A DNA stretch of 64,000 nt from Trueperaceae bacterium (GTDB taxonomy: Bacteria; Deinococcota; Deinococci; Deinococcales; Trueperaceae). The DNA is taken from assembly GCA_965213705.1 (NCBI GenBank), contig OZ243913.1, positions 2,720,001 through 2,784,000 on the forward strand, in the 5' to 3' direction. The notes below the pieces were generated by a model. The model was given only the letters and a program-made list of their open reading frames with translations, ran no database searches and was not told the DNA's origin. This document shows positions 30,985 to 40,345 of the stretch, piece by piece. Position numbers and translations under genes: made by a program. Each line of letters starts with the position of its first letter. Within the stretch, counting starts at the first letter, position 1.

Positions 30985-31429
30985 AACGAGGGCGTTTGAC
31001 GAACGCGTGCGGCCCTTTCTCGAGCCTACGTCTGAACAGTGACCGCCGAAACATCTTTCAGCCTTGACAGAGACCCTTCCGTGATGCCCGAAAAAGCGGA
31101 GCGGTATTGAGGCACGCGCGGGGCGAGGTCAGGGTGTCGGGGGTGTCGTGGCACCGTCTGGCTTCGAACCCGTCGGCGACCTCGCGGGACACGGATATTT
31201 CCTGGTAAGCGGTGGCAATCCCGAGTAACGTTTTCACTCATTGCCTCTTCGAAGCCGCTGTAGCCACCGGGAAAAAGGGTTGCCTTACCAAACGTCAAGA
31301 AAGAGGCTCGTTTGTCGGCACCTCGGCGGGGTGGCCCGGAGCAGACAAAGACAAGTCCCCACAAAGCCGGATGGGGATTTCTGCTTCGGTCCAACGTTCA
31401 CCCGTTTGGTTTGACGCAAACAGTGTAAG

Positions 31430-32596
31430 TCAGCGCTCTCCCAGGGGCACCAAACGCTGCCCGGCCAGGTCGATTTCGAACACGCCCGTCGCGGGTACGT
31501 CCACCGTGAAGGTGACGGTTTGCCCTAACTGCCGCGCCGTGACGCGGTGTGTGCCCGGCACCAAGTTAGCGGCGAAGCCGCCGCTGCGCAGCACGCCGTC
31601 GATGGACACCAAACCGCTTTGCGCAACGTCCCAGACGAGCATACGCTCAAAAATCGGCGTCAGGGCCCGCCCGACTTGGTTGACCCGGAAGTTCTGCACG
31701 GGAACCTGTAGCGTCAGCGTTTCAAAACCGGGACGCTGCAAGCTGAGGTTACGGGTGCCGGGTCTCGCCTGAACCGTCAACGGTGTGGTGCCGACCGCTT
31801 CGCCGTCTAAGTAGACCGTCGCGCTCGGGGTGCTCACGACCTGGATGCTGCCGCCGGTCACGGCCGTCAGCACGACGTTGACGAGTTGGGTTTGACCGCC
31901 GCGCAGGGTCAGGGTACGCATTTCGGGCAAAAAGCCCTCCTTGCGCACCTCGATACGGTAGGTGCCGGGTTGCAACATCAAAACGTCTAAGTTGGAGGTT
32001 TCGCCCACCTCGGTGTCGTTTAGGTACACGCGCGCTTCGCCGGGTTGGCTCGAGATGAACAGTTCGGCCGACCCCGCCTGCAGGTCGCCGACGGGCGCGA
32101 CGAAGCGGGCCACGTCGTTCGCCAAACGCGCGGCGACGGCCGCCAAGGTCTCGACCCCGAAGGACTCCGTGTAGATGTCCGACGCCCGCTTACCGGCGGC
32201 GTCGGCGACGAGGATGCTGAGTGAATAGGGCGTCTGCACGTTGCCGCCCTCGACCCGCTGGATTTGCCCGGACAGCGCGTATTGCAAGCCTTCCAACTCG
32301 GCGATGAAGTAAACGAAATCCGGCTCTAAGCTGCTGGCGATGCCCGGCGTGACCAGGTCACCTTCGGACACCACCAGGCCGGTGCGGCGCGCTATGGCGG
32401 TCCGCAACTCGCGCATGGTTTGGGTGACGATTTCCGGCGGCACCTCGCCGCGCGTTCCGAACGTCGGTACGACGACCTGGGCACTTGCCCCACCGCCAAA
32501 GGCCAAGCCGACACCGAACCACAAGCTCAGGAACCAGCCTTGCCAAACATTTCGCGTCTTCACGGGGCTAGTATATATCTTAACGTCGTGCGCCAC
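31430..32596 (-). CDS. PEGA domain protein
   Basis: ISSQPGEARVYLND and VSTPSATVYLDGEAVGTTPL repeats. Confidence 0.8.
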   Translation of the reverse strand: MAHDVKIYTSPVKTRNVWQGWFLSLWFGVGLAFGGGASAQVVVPTFGTRGEVPPEIVTQTMRELRTAIARRTGLVVSEGDLVTPGIASSLEPDFVYFIAELEGLQYALSGQIQRVEGGNVQTPYSLSILVADAAGKRASDIYTESFGVETLAAVAARLANDVARFVAPVGDLQAGSAELFISSQPGEARVYLNDTEVGETSNLDVLMLQPGTYRIEVRKEGFLPEMRTLTLRGGQTQLVNVVLTAVTGGSIQVVSTPSATVYLDGEAVGTTPLTVQARPGTRNLSLQRPGFETLTLQVPVQNFRVNQVGRALTPIFERMLVWDVAQSGLVSIDGVLRSGGFAANLVPGTHRVTARQLGQTVTFTVDVPATGVFEIDLAGQRLVPLGER

Positions 32597-32619
32597 GGCG
32601 TCAGTGCTATAAAAGAACC

Positions 32620-33378
32620 ATGCGCTACTTGCTCCTGAGCGACATTCACGCCAACTTGGTCGCTCTCGAGGCCGTGTTGAGCCACGCCCGCCGCAAACGG
32701 TGGGAGCGCGTCGTTTTTTTGGGTGACGCGGTCGGTTATTACCCCCAGGTCAACGAAGTTCTCGACTTGCTGCGCGACCTGCAGCCGGTCTTAAACATTG
32801 TCGGCAACCACGAAGACTCGCTGCTCAACCACGCGTTCGGACAGGCTTCGAGCTACCGCGAAGAAAGCGTCGTCACCACGGTCATCCGCAAGCACCTGAC
32901 GCAGATAAGCGAAGCGAACCTCGGCTACGTCAAGGCGCTGGACACGCACGTCGTGCAAGAGGGTTGGGAGGCCGCGCACGGCGGCCTGCGGACACCCTGG
33001 GAATACGTCACGAGCGTGCAGACGGCGCAGGAGAACGCGCCCTACATGCAAACCGACCTGTGCTTTGTCGGTCACACCCACGTCCCCAAAATATTCGCTT
33101 GCGTTTGTGCGCCGAGTGGCGACCTGTGGCGAGCGGTAGCGTTGCAAAGCGAACAGACCGTTTACCGTATTCCGCCCAGGGCCAAGCTGCTTTTCAACCC
33201 CGGCTCGGTCGGTCAACCCCGCGACGGGCTGCCGCTGGCGAGCTACGCCATCTTCGACGAAGACCTCCGCGTGATAGAGCACTTCAGGGTCGAGTACGAC
33301 GTGCTCCGCGTGCAGCGCTTGGTACGCGACCAAGGCTATCCGGAAACGCTGGCCGCACGGCTGACGCTCGGCAGATGA
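32620..33378 (+). CDS. Metallophosphoesterase
   Basis: SDIHAN, LGDAVGY, GNHE, GHTH, NPGSVGQPRDG. Confidence 0.9.
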   Translation: MRYLLLSDIHANLVALEAVLSHARRKRWERVVFLGDAVGYYPQVNEVLDLLRDLQPVLNIVGNHEDSLLNHAFGQASSYREESVVTTVIRKHLTQISEANLGYVKALDTHVVQEGWEAAHGGLRTPWEYVTSVQTAQENAPYMQTDLCFVGHTHVPKIFACVCAPSGDLWRAVALQSEQTVYRIPPRAKLLFNPGSVGQPRDGLPLASYAIFDEDLRVIEHFRVEYDVLRVQRLVRDQGYPETLAARLTLGR

Positions 33379-33616
33379 GTCCGAACGGCAGACGGTTTCA
33401 CGCAAACGTCGGAACCGACGGCGTCCGCAACGCCCTCGGTTCACGGTCGGGTGTCACGTCCCTGGTTTGAGACCGTCCCTGCGCTTTTTGAGAGGGATTC
33501 TCGAGGTGGTCAACTCAAACAAGTAGGAGGACGGGTCGGTGACAAAAGACGTTTGCGCGCCAACACTGGAAGACGCAAGCCTGCCGACGTCGTTCGCAGC
33601 AGCGCCGGTGGTCTTG

Positions 33617-35146
33617 TCAGGGCTGCGCGCAGGCTTCCGGGGCGACCCCAAGGATTTTGAAACTCGTTTTGGGCAGGGTAAAGTTCCCACTCAGCGTCTG
33701 TCCGGTCAGGAGGTCGGTGGCGCGGTCGGTGCGTAGGGTGGACTCGAGCGCCGCCTCTTTGTTCCCGAAGTTGGCGACGACCATGACACTTTCGCCCGCA
33801 CCGGCGCGGCAAAAAGCCAAGACCGCTCGGTCCTGGGTGTCCAGCACCGTCAGCGAACCGCTGTTCAGGGCGGGTGTGTCGTTTCTCAGTTGGATGAGTC
33901 GCTTGTACAAGTTGAAAAGCGAGTCCGGCTCAGCCTCTTGCGCCGCCACCGTGATTTCCGGGTCGTCGGTGCTGAAGGCGTACCAGGGTTGGGCGGTGCT
34001 GAACCCGGCATGGGGTTCGGCGGGCGTCCAGCGCATGGGGGTACGTTTTTCCTCGTCCTTGTCGCCGGGGCCGTTGGGCATTCCGATTTCCTCACCGTAG
34101 TAAAGAAAGGGCGTGCCCGGCAAGGTGAGCAGCAGACCGGCGGCGAGTTTCAGGCGCGGCACGTCCCGTCTCAGAAAGCCGAGGCTGGTGCCGGGCCTGA
34201 CTTGGTCGTGGTTGGAGATGAACGTGGCGAGCGGAGCGTCCGGCGGGTAAAGCTCGGCGTTTTGCTTTAGGGTGAAAACGAGGTCCGCAGCGCTCGGCGA
34301 CTGCACGGCCTCCAGCAGGGCGCTCCACAGCGGATAATCGAAGGCCGCGTCGAGACTGCCGTCGGTAAAGTAGCGCGCAATCGTGCCCGCGTCCGTCCAG
34401 GTCTCCCCCACCAAGAAAGCCTCGGGGTTGAGCGTTTTGATGTATGCCCCGAACGCCTCGACCCAGGCGATGTTCTCGGGCGTGTTGCGAATGTTGCCGT
34501 CCGCGCCCTCGACGATGTGCTGAATCGCGTCGATGCGGAAGCCGTCCACGCCGCGGTTCAGCCAGAACTTCGCCACGTCGTTCATCTCTTGCACCACCGC
34601 TGGGTTGCGGTAGTTCAGGTCGGGCATCCCGCTCCAAAAAAGACCCAGGTAGTAGCCGCTGGGCGTTTCGTGCCAGGCCGGGCTCCCACCCGTGCCGCGC
34701 CAACCCAGGTCGGTGTCGGACCACGCGTAGTAGTCGCGGTAGTCAGGGTCCTCCGTTTTCGCCCTCAAAAACCACGGGTGTTGGTCACTGGTGTGGTTGA
34801 CGACGAGGTCCATCACGACGCTGATGCCCCGCGCGTGCGCCTCGGCGACAAAGGTGTCGAAGTCCGCAAGCGTGCCGTAGTCGGGGTTGACCTCGTAAAA
34901 GTCGGTCACGTCGTAGCCGTGGTAGCTCGGGCTCGGGTGAACAGGCATCAGCCACACGCCGGTCACGCCCAGGTCTTCGAGGTAGTCCAGCCGTTCGGTC
35001 GCCCCGGCCAAGTCGCCGACGCCGTCCCCGTCCGAGTCCTGAAAACTGCGCACGAAAATCTCGTAGTAGACGCCTTCTGGCGCGGTTGTTTGCGCCGACA
35101 CGAACGACGCTGCGAGTAAGAGTAGAGCGAAGCAAGTTTTTAACAT
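33617..35146 (-). CDS. Alpha-amylase family (GH13) glycosyl hydrolase, secreted
   Basis: YHGYD, DLVVNH, GFRIDA, VGE, NHD, YYGEEIGM. Confidence 0.9.
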   Translation of the reverse strand: MLKTCFALLLLAASFVSAQTTAPEGVYYEIFVRSFQDSDGDGVGDLAGATERLDYLEDLGVTGVWLMPVHPSPSYHGYDVTDFYEVNPDYGTLADFDTFVAEAHARGISVVMDLVVNHTSDQHPWFLRAKTEDPDYRDYYAWSDTDLGWRGTGGSPAWHETPSGYYLGLFWSGMPDLNYRNPAVVQEMNDVAKFWLNRGVDGFRIDAIQHIVEGADGNIRNTPENIAWVEAFGAYIKTLNPEAFLVGETWTDAGTIARYFTDGSLDAAFDYPLWSALLEAVQSPSAADLVFTLKQNAELYPPDAPLATFISNHDQVRPGTSLGFLRRDVPRLKLAAGLLLTLPGTPFLYYGEEIGMPNGPGDKDEEKRTPMRWTPAEPHAGFSTAQPWYAFSTDDPEITVAAQEAEPDSLFNLYKRLIQLRNDTPALNSGSLTVLDTQDRAVLAFCRAGAGESVMVVANFGNKEAALESTLRTDRATDLLTGQTLSGNFTLPKTSFKILGVAPEACAQP

Positions 35147-35300
35147 GCCTCTAGTGTGACACGGCGACGAGGGTAAAGAAGTAGGGAAGTAGGGGGTAGG
35201 GGGTAAAAGCTTAGGCGGATGCTACCACGCTCCTATTAGGCGGATGCTGCCGCGCTCTTCGACCTGACTTTTCTGTTCTCTCATACTCTTACACCCTTTC

Positions 35301-36614
35301 TCAGCGCAGCCCTCGCCCCGCGCCGGCTCGGGGGGCGCGCTTGCCCATCTGCTTCATGAGTCGCTTCATCTGTTCGTAGTTTTTCATCAGTCGGTTGACG
35401 TCTTGAACTTCGGTGCCCGAGCCCCTGGCGATGCGTTTTCTGCGGCTGGCGTTGAGCAGACGCGGTTTGCGGCGCTCGGCGTCGGTCATCGAGGAGATGA
35501 TAGCCTCGATGCGGCCGATTTCGCGCTCGTCGATTTCCGCGCCGGGCGGCAGCATTTTGCTGGCGCCGGGAATGAGCTTGAACACGTCCGTAAACGAGCC
35601 CATCCGCTTGATGCGGCGCATCTGGGTGAGCATGTCCTGCAGGGTGAAGTCGGATAGGTTTTTGAGGTCGTCCTCGTCATCGTCGCCCTCCAGAACTTTC
35701 GCCTTTTCAATCAAGGTGAGCACGTCGCCCATGCCCAGGATGCGGCTCGCCACGCGGTCGGGGTAAAAGGGCTCGAGACCGTCGATTTTCTCGCTCATCC
35801 CGGCGAAGTAGATGGGTTTGCCGGTCACGTGCTTGGCGGACAGGGCCGCGCCGCCGCGCGCGTCGCCGTCGAGCTTGGTCATGACCAGACCGGTCACGCC
35901 GACGCGCTCGTCGAAAGACGTGGCGACCGGCAGCGACTGTTGGCCGGTCATCGCGTCGATGACGAGCATCGTCTCGCTCGGCTGCAGCTTGTCTTTAAGC
36001 TCGGCCAGCGCGTCCATCAACCCCTCGTCGATTTGCAAACGGCCCGCCGTGTCGACGATGACGAGGTCGCGAAAGTCTTGTTTGAGGTGGGCGTTGAGGC
36101 GCTCCAGGGTGCGCCCCGGCGTCTCGTCGTCCTCGACCTCCAACACGGGTACGCCGATTTGCTTGCCCAACACTTTGAGCTGTTCGCGCGCCGCCGGGCG
36201 CTGCGTGTCGGCGGCGACGAGGAGCGGGCGGCGGCCCTGAGACTTGTACTTGTAGGCGAGCTTGCCCGCGGTCGTCGTTTTGCCCGCGCCCTGTAAACCC
36301 ATGAGCATCCAGATGTTGCGCTCGTTTTTGAGGTTGGGCTGGACCGACTTGCCGCCGAGCAAACTGGTGAGTTCGTCGTTGACGATTGAAATGACGCGCT
36401 GGTCGGGTTGGAGCGACAACAGCGTTTCCGAGCCGGTGGCTTTTTCTTGCACGCGCCTCGTGAACTCTTTGGCGACGTCTAAGTTGACGTCGGCCTCCAA
36501 TAGGGCGATGCGCACCTCGCGCAAGGCCGCTTTCACCTCGGCTTCGGTCAGTTTGCCGCGGCCGCGCAGGCCGTCGAAAATCGTGCCGAGTCTGTCGCCT
36601 AAATTTTGAAACAT
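35301..36614 (-). CDS. ffh: Signal recognition particle protein
   Basis: [37 protein letters not shown]. Confidence 0.96.
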   Translation of the reverse strand: MFQNLGDRLGTIFDGLRGRGKLTEAEVKAALREVRIALLEADVNLDVAKEFTRRVQEKATGSETLLSLQPDQRVISIVNDELTSLLGGKSVQPNLKNERNIWMLMGLQGAGKTTTAGKLAYKYKSQGRRPLLVAADTQRPAAREQLKVLGKQIGVPVLEVEDDETPGRTLERLNAHLKQDFRDLVIVDTAGRLQIDEGLMDALAELKDKLQPSETMLVIDAMTGQQSLPVATSFDERVGVTGLVMTKLDGDARGGAALSAKHVTGKPIYFAGMSEKIDGLEPFYPDRVASRILGMGDVLTLIEKAKVLEGDDDEDDLKNLSDFTLQDMLTQMRRIKRMGSFTDVFKLIPGASKMLPPGAEIDEREIGRIEAIISSMTDAERRKPRLLNASRRKRIARGSGTEVQDVNRLMKNYEQMKRLMKQMGKRAPRAGAGRGLR

Positions 36615-36794
36615 GATTTTCCTTTCAGGTATAAACCCGCCGCCTCGAGTCTAAAACGGGGGCGGCTCGAGTACGAACACTTCAAACCCTTAGCCTAGCC
36701 AAAACGAAGGGTGAGTTCAACACGGTGGGGTACAGCCGCCCTGAGCACGGTCTCGAGCACGGTGTCAAGGGGGCTCGAGTGCTAAACTCGCAGT

Positions 36795-38213
36795 ATGTCC
36801 GGCAGGTCGAACCAGAGGAAAGTCAACTCGTTTTTTTGCGTTATCAGGGTTTACCTTTGTCTCGCCTTCGGCGTCGGGGTTTTCGCACAGCAAACGCCTG
36901 AAACCGCCCGCCTTTTGAGCCAAGCGAGAGACGTCGTCGCCGCGGCCGAAGCGCAGTACGCGGGCACCGTGTTGAACATCGACCAACCCCTGTGGCGGCA
37001 GGCCATAGACCTGGGCGAGCAGGCGCTCGCCGCGAGTCCGGACGACCCGGAGACGACGCTGTTTTTAGCGCGGACCTACAGCCGCATCGGCTGGTTTATC
37101 CGCGCCTGGCCGCGCTGGCAGGGTTATCTGGCGGCGGGCGGCACACTCGCCCCGGACGACGCCGCCATATTTGCCAAGACCGGCACCGAACTCGGTTTCT
37201 CGCGGTACAGCGCCGGTGACTTGGCGGGCGCTCTCCCCTACTATCAAACCGTCGCCGCGACGCTGCCCGAGAACCCCGAGGCGCTGAGCTGGCTGGGGCG
37301 AATATTGCTGGAGCAGGGCGACCCGGCGGCGGCGCTGCCCTACTGGGAACGCCTGGCGATCCTCAGCCCCTCAAACGAAGGGTTCACGTTTTACCGGGAC
37401 TTGACGAACGAGCAAGTAAGGGTCGGTCCTGCGGCGAGCGCGGCGTTTCGCAGCGGTCTGGGCGCTTACGACGCGGGCGATTTGGGCCCCGCGCTCGCCG
37501 CCTTCGAGACCGCCGCGGCGGCCAACCCTCAGTTCAAAGAAGCGTTTACCTGGGCCGCGCGCACGAGCGGCGAACTGGAACAGTTCGACAAGGCCACCGG
37601 CTACTGGCAAAGGGTGCTCGAGCTGGCCCCGGACGACCCCGGCGCGACCTACTTTTTGCGGTTTACCGAAGACCAGAAGCAGTGGGGCACAGCCGCCGTC
37701 AACGCGTTTTACGAGGGCCAAAAACTGTACCAGGAGGGCGACCTGGCCGGAGCCGCCGAACGCTTCGACGCGGCCGCGCGCTTCAACCCGGCTTTTAAGG
37801 ACGCACTCGTCTGGACCGCGCGCAGCTTGCAAGAACTCGGTCAAACGGACAAGGCCCTGGTCGCTTGGCGCTCGGTGCTCAAACTCGACCCGGAGGACAA
37901 GCGCGCCGGGTACTTTCTCAACCTTGCCGAGCAGCAACTCGCTTATGGCGGCGTGGCGGGCCGCGCTTTTATACAGGGCGTAGAGCAGTTCGAGGTTGCC
38001 AACCTGAGCGAGGCCGAAACGCTTTTTCAAGAAGCTGTCGAGACCAACCCCGCCTTTGTCGAGGCCTGGGCCTGGTTGGGCCGCACCCACTTTACAAGCG
38101 CTGACTACGCCGCGGCGGCCGTCGCCTACGAAAAAGCCGCCGAGCTGGCGCCCGACAACGACGACTACCGCTTTTTTGCCGACGAAGCCGCTTTTTTAGC
38201 CGGCGACGAGTAA
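36795..38213 (+). CDS. Tetratricopeptide repeat protein
   Basis: Signal peptide and several TPR-like helical repeats. Confidence 0.8.
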   Translation: MSGRSNQRKVNSFFCVIRVYLCLAFGVGVFAQQTPETARLLSQARDVVAAAEAQYAGTVLNIDQPLWRQAIDLGEQALAASPDDPETTLFLARTYSRIGWFIRAWPRWQGYLAAGGTLAPDDAAIFAKTGTELGFSRYSAGDLAGALPYYQTVAATLPENPEALSWLGRILLEQGDPAAALPYWERLAILSPSNEGFTFYRDLTNEQVRVGPAASAAFRSGLGAYDAGDLGPALAAFETAAAANPQFKEAFTWAARTSGELEQFDKATGYWQRVLELAPDDPGATYFLRFTEDQKQWGTAAVNAFYEGQKLYQEGDLAGAAERFDAAARFNPAFKDALVWTARSLQELGQTDKALVAWRSVLKLDPEDKRAGYFLNLAEQQLAYGGVAGRAFIQGVEQFEVANLSEAETLFQEAVETNPAFVEAWAWLGRTHFTSADYAAAAVAYEKAAELAPDNDDYRFFADEAAFLAGDE

Positions 38214-38224
38214 CCCGTGCCGGT

Positions 38225-38758
38225 ATGAGTTTCCGAACGGTCGCGGTGCGTGTCGGCGCGCTCGCGTTGCTGCTGCTGCTCGCCCTCGTTGCCACCTTGA
38301 GCGTCCGGACCCTGAACCGGGTCCCCACCACCCTCCTTTATTTCGTCCGCAGCAACGACGAGGCGTTCACGCTCGAGCGCGCGCCGCGGCGTCTGCCCCG
38401 CGCCGAACGCGAAGCCTACCTGGTGAGCACCCTGCAAGCCCTCATCACCGGACCCGACGCGGCCGAAGCGGCCGGAGGGTTGGCCTCTTTTTTGCCCCCG
38501 ACCACCGAGGTCTTGGACCTGCGGCTCAGGGGCAGCGAGGTGAGGGTGGACTTCTCGAGCGCTTTCGCCGTGGGCGGCGGCAGCGCCACCCTGCTGGGCC
38601 GCCTGTTCCAAGTGTTTTATACCCTTACCCAGCCGAGCTACGTGGACAGCGTGCGGCTGTTCGTCGAGGGCGAGCCGGTGAGCGTGTTCGGCAGCGAAGG
38701 AATTCTGGTCGGCAACCCGTGGCGGCGGGTGGCGAACACGCCGTTGCCCGTTTGGTAA
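38225..38758 (+). CDS. GerMN domain protein
   Basis: ALITGP..E...GL.S..P, VDFSSAF..GGGS, YTLTQ, VRLFVEG. Confidence 0.82.
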   Translation: MSFRTVAVRVGALALLLLLALVATLSVRTLNRVPTTLLYFVRSNDEAFTLERAPRRLPRAEREAYLVSTLQALITGPDAAEAAGGLASFLPPTTEVLDLRLRGSEVRVDFSSAFAVGGGSATLLGRLFQVFYTLTQPSYVDSVRLFVEGEPVSVFGSEGILVGNPWRRVANTPLPVW

Positions 38759-38949
38759 AAGCCTATAAGCTTGCAGCCACAGGTAAGGTCTGACCGACGA
38801 GCCAAAAAATACGGGCGTTTCCTGTGAGCTTTACACCCCGAAGTAAGATTTTTCACGCTACCCTGAACCTCTGAGGTGAAAACGCGCGAAACGCGTTCGT
38901 CAGGCCGACCAGCCTGAAGCCATAAACCTTTGTCGCAGGGAGAGCCTTT

Positions 38950-39321
38950 ATGCGTTACTTCGTCTTATTCGTTCTTCTCTCAGCTTGCAGCCAAGCGCCG
39001 CAGCTCCCGACGCTTTCAGCCGGCTGCCGGAACATCAACAACGCCTTTTACGACGGCGCGTACCAGTCGGGCAACGTCTTTTTCAGCTCGTTCAAGGCGG
39101 GTGAAAGCGTCAGCGTCGCGCTGTCCGTGCAAGACAGTACGACGAAGCTGTGGCTCGTCGTCACCGACGCGACCCTCGAGCCGAAACAAGACATCGCCGC
39201 CCGGACGGCCACCAGCTACGAAACGTTGAGCTACCGTTTCGAGCGCGATATGCCCGAGGCGGAAGTGTACTGGTCGGCAGACGTGGGCGTGCCGAGTTGG
39301 TCGGTGACGTGTGGGCCTTGA
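38950..39321 (+). CDS. Hypothetical lipoprotein
   Basis: Lipobox LSAC after hydrophobic leader; GGAGAG RBS. Confidence 0.65.
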   Translation: MRYFVLFVLLSACSQAPQLPTLSAGCRNINNAFYDGAYQSGNVFFSSFKAGESVSVALSVQDSTTKLWLVVTDATLEPKQDIAARTATSYETLSYRFERDMPEAEVYWSADVGVPSWSVTCGP

Positions 39322-39347
39322 TAGGAGGCCCGAGCCCCCACACACGC

Positions 39348-39728
39348 TCAGCCTGCGTAAAGCTCCAATTCGGGGTAATACTGAAAGTGTTTGTCGTCAG
39401 CCAGTAAGGGAACACCGTTCCTTACAGCCACCGCCGCAATCAATCCGTCGCTGGGTGGCAGCGTGCGACCCTGACGTCTGAGTTGAGCAAGCGTGTTGCC
39501 TGCGCCTGTAAAGTCCGCCGCCAAAGTGTCCAGCTCGGCACACGCCATAACCAACTTGAGCAGTCTCGCCTCATCTTGCTTAAAACCCAGCCGAAGCTCT
39601 AATTCAACCATCCCGCACCGAACCACGCGGTTTTCCAGGGTCAACGCTTTCACTGTTTGGGCAAGTTGGTTTCTGCTTTGAAAAAACGTCACCCAAGCCG
39701 AGGTGTCTACCAAGACCAGGTCACTCAC
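39348..39728 (-). CDS. VapC PIN-domain toxin
   Basis: LVDTSAW, ELRLG, DGLIAAVA, DKHF. Confidence 0.88.
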   Translation of the reverse strand: MSDLVLVDTSAWVTFFQSRNQLAQTVKALTLENRVVRCGMVELELRLGFKQDEARLLKLVMACAELDTLAADFTGAGNTLAQLRRQGRTLPPSDGLIAAVAVRNGVPLLADDKHFQYYPELELYAG

Positions 39729-39924
39729 CCGTCAGCTCGAGCTTCTCAATTTCGTCGTTGCTGAGGATGTCCACAGCGCCCATGTGGGTCGCCAACTCGC
39801 GCATCTGCTCGCGGCGCACATAGTCTTCCACGGCAAGTCGCACGGCGAGGGTTTTGTTTTCGGTTTGGGTGAGCCTCATCAACTCGTGAAGCGTTTCCTC
39901 TTTCAAGCTTATAGTTGCGCGCAC
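39721..39924 (-). CDS. VapB-type antitoxin
   Basis: MRATISLKEETLHELMRLT...KTLAVRLAVEDYVRR; overlaps vapC start; AGGAGG RBS. Confidence 0.8.
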   Translation of the reverse strand: MRATISLKEETLHELMRLTQTENKTLAVRLAVEDYVRREQMRELATHMGAVDILSNDEIEKLELTGE

Positions 39925-40199
39925 ATTTTTCCTCCTTACTTCACCAAGAACGTCATCACTATAGCGCGAACGTATGAATATCGGTGATTCACCTTTTTGC
40001 TCATCGTGGATTCATCAAAACTTCAAGATAAGTAGGCTCGAGCCTTCACTGCGACACCCTCGTCAGCCTGCCGAGACGTGTGCTCACAAACTACTTAGGC
40101 AAGCTCGAGAAGGCCGCCTTGTTTGACTTTGGTCGGGCACTCGAGCCCCCGTTCTGTACGAAGAACTCGAGCCCCAGTGACGGTTTGTGAAACGGAAAG

Positions 40200-40230
40200 A
40201 AGGAGGCTCGAGTCAGACTCGAGCCTCCTT
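40200..40230. terminator. Hairpin built from two CTCGAG sites
   Basis: aaggaggctcgagtc-a-gactcgagcctcctt. Confidence 0.6.
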
Positions 40231-40345
40231 CCACAGTATTTTTAGACCGAAACTCAGGTCAATCAGAGGTCGTCGGTTGTAGCGCCGTGCTGCGCACTTG
40301 TGGGAGCGGTATTTGGCTCTGGGTCAAGGTGCAGTTAAGTCCCGC

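Noticed and set aside
31275..31335. tmRNA-like pseudoknot (GCCGAGGTGCCG on minus strand)
   Set aside because: No tRNA-like ends and no tag ORF ending in an ALAA-like sequence
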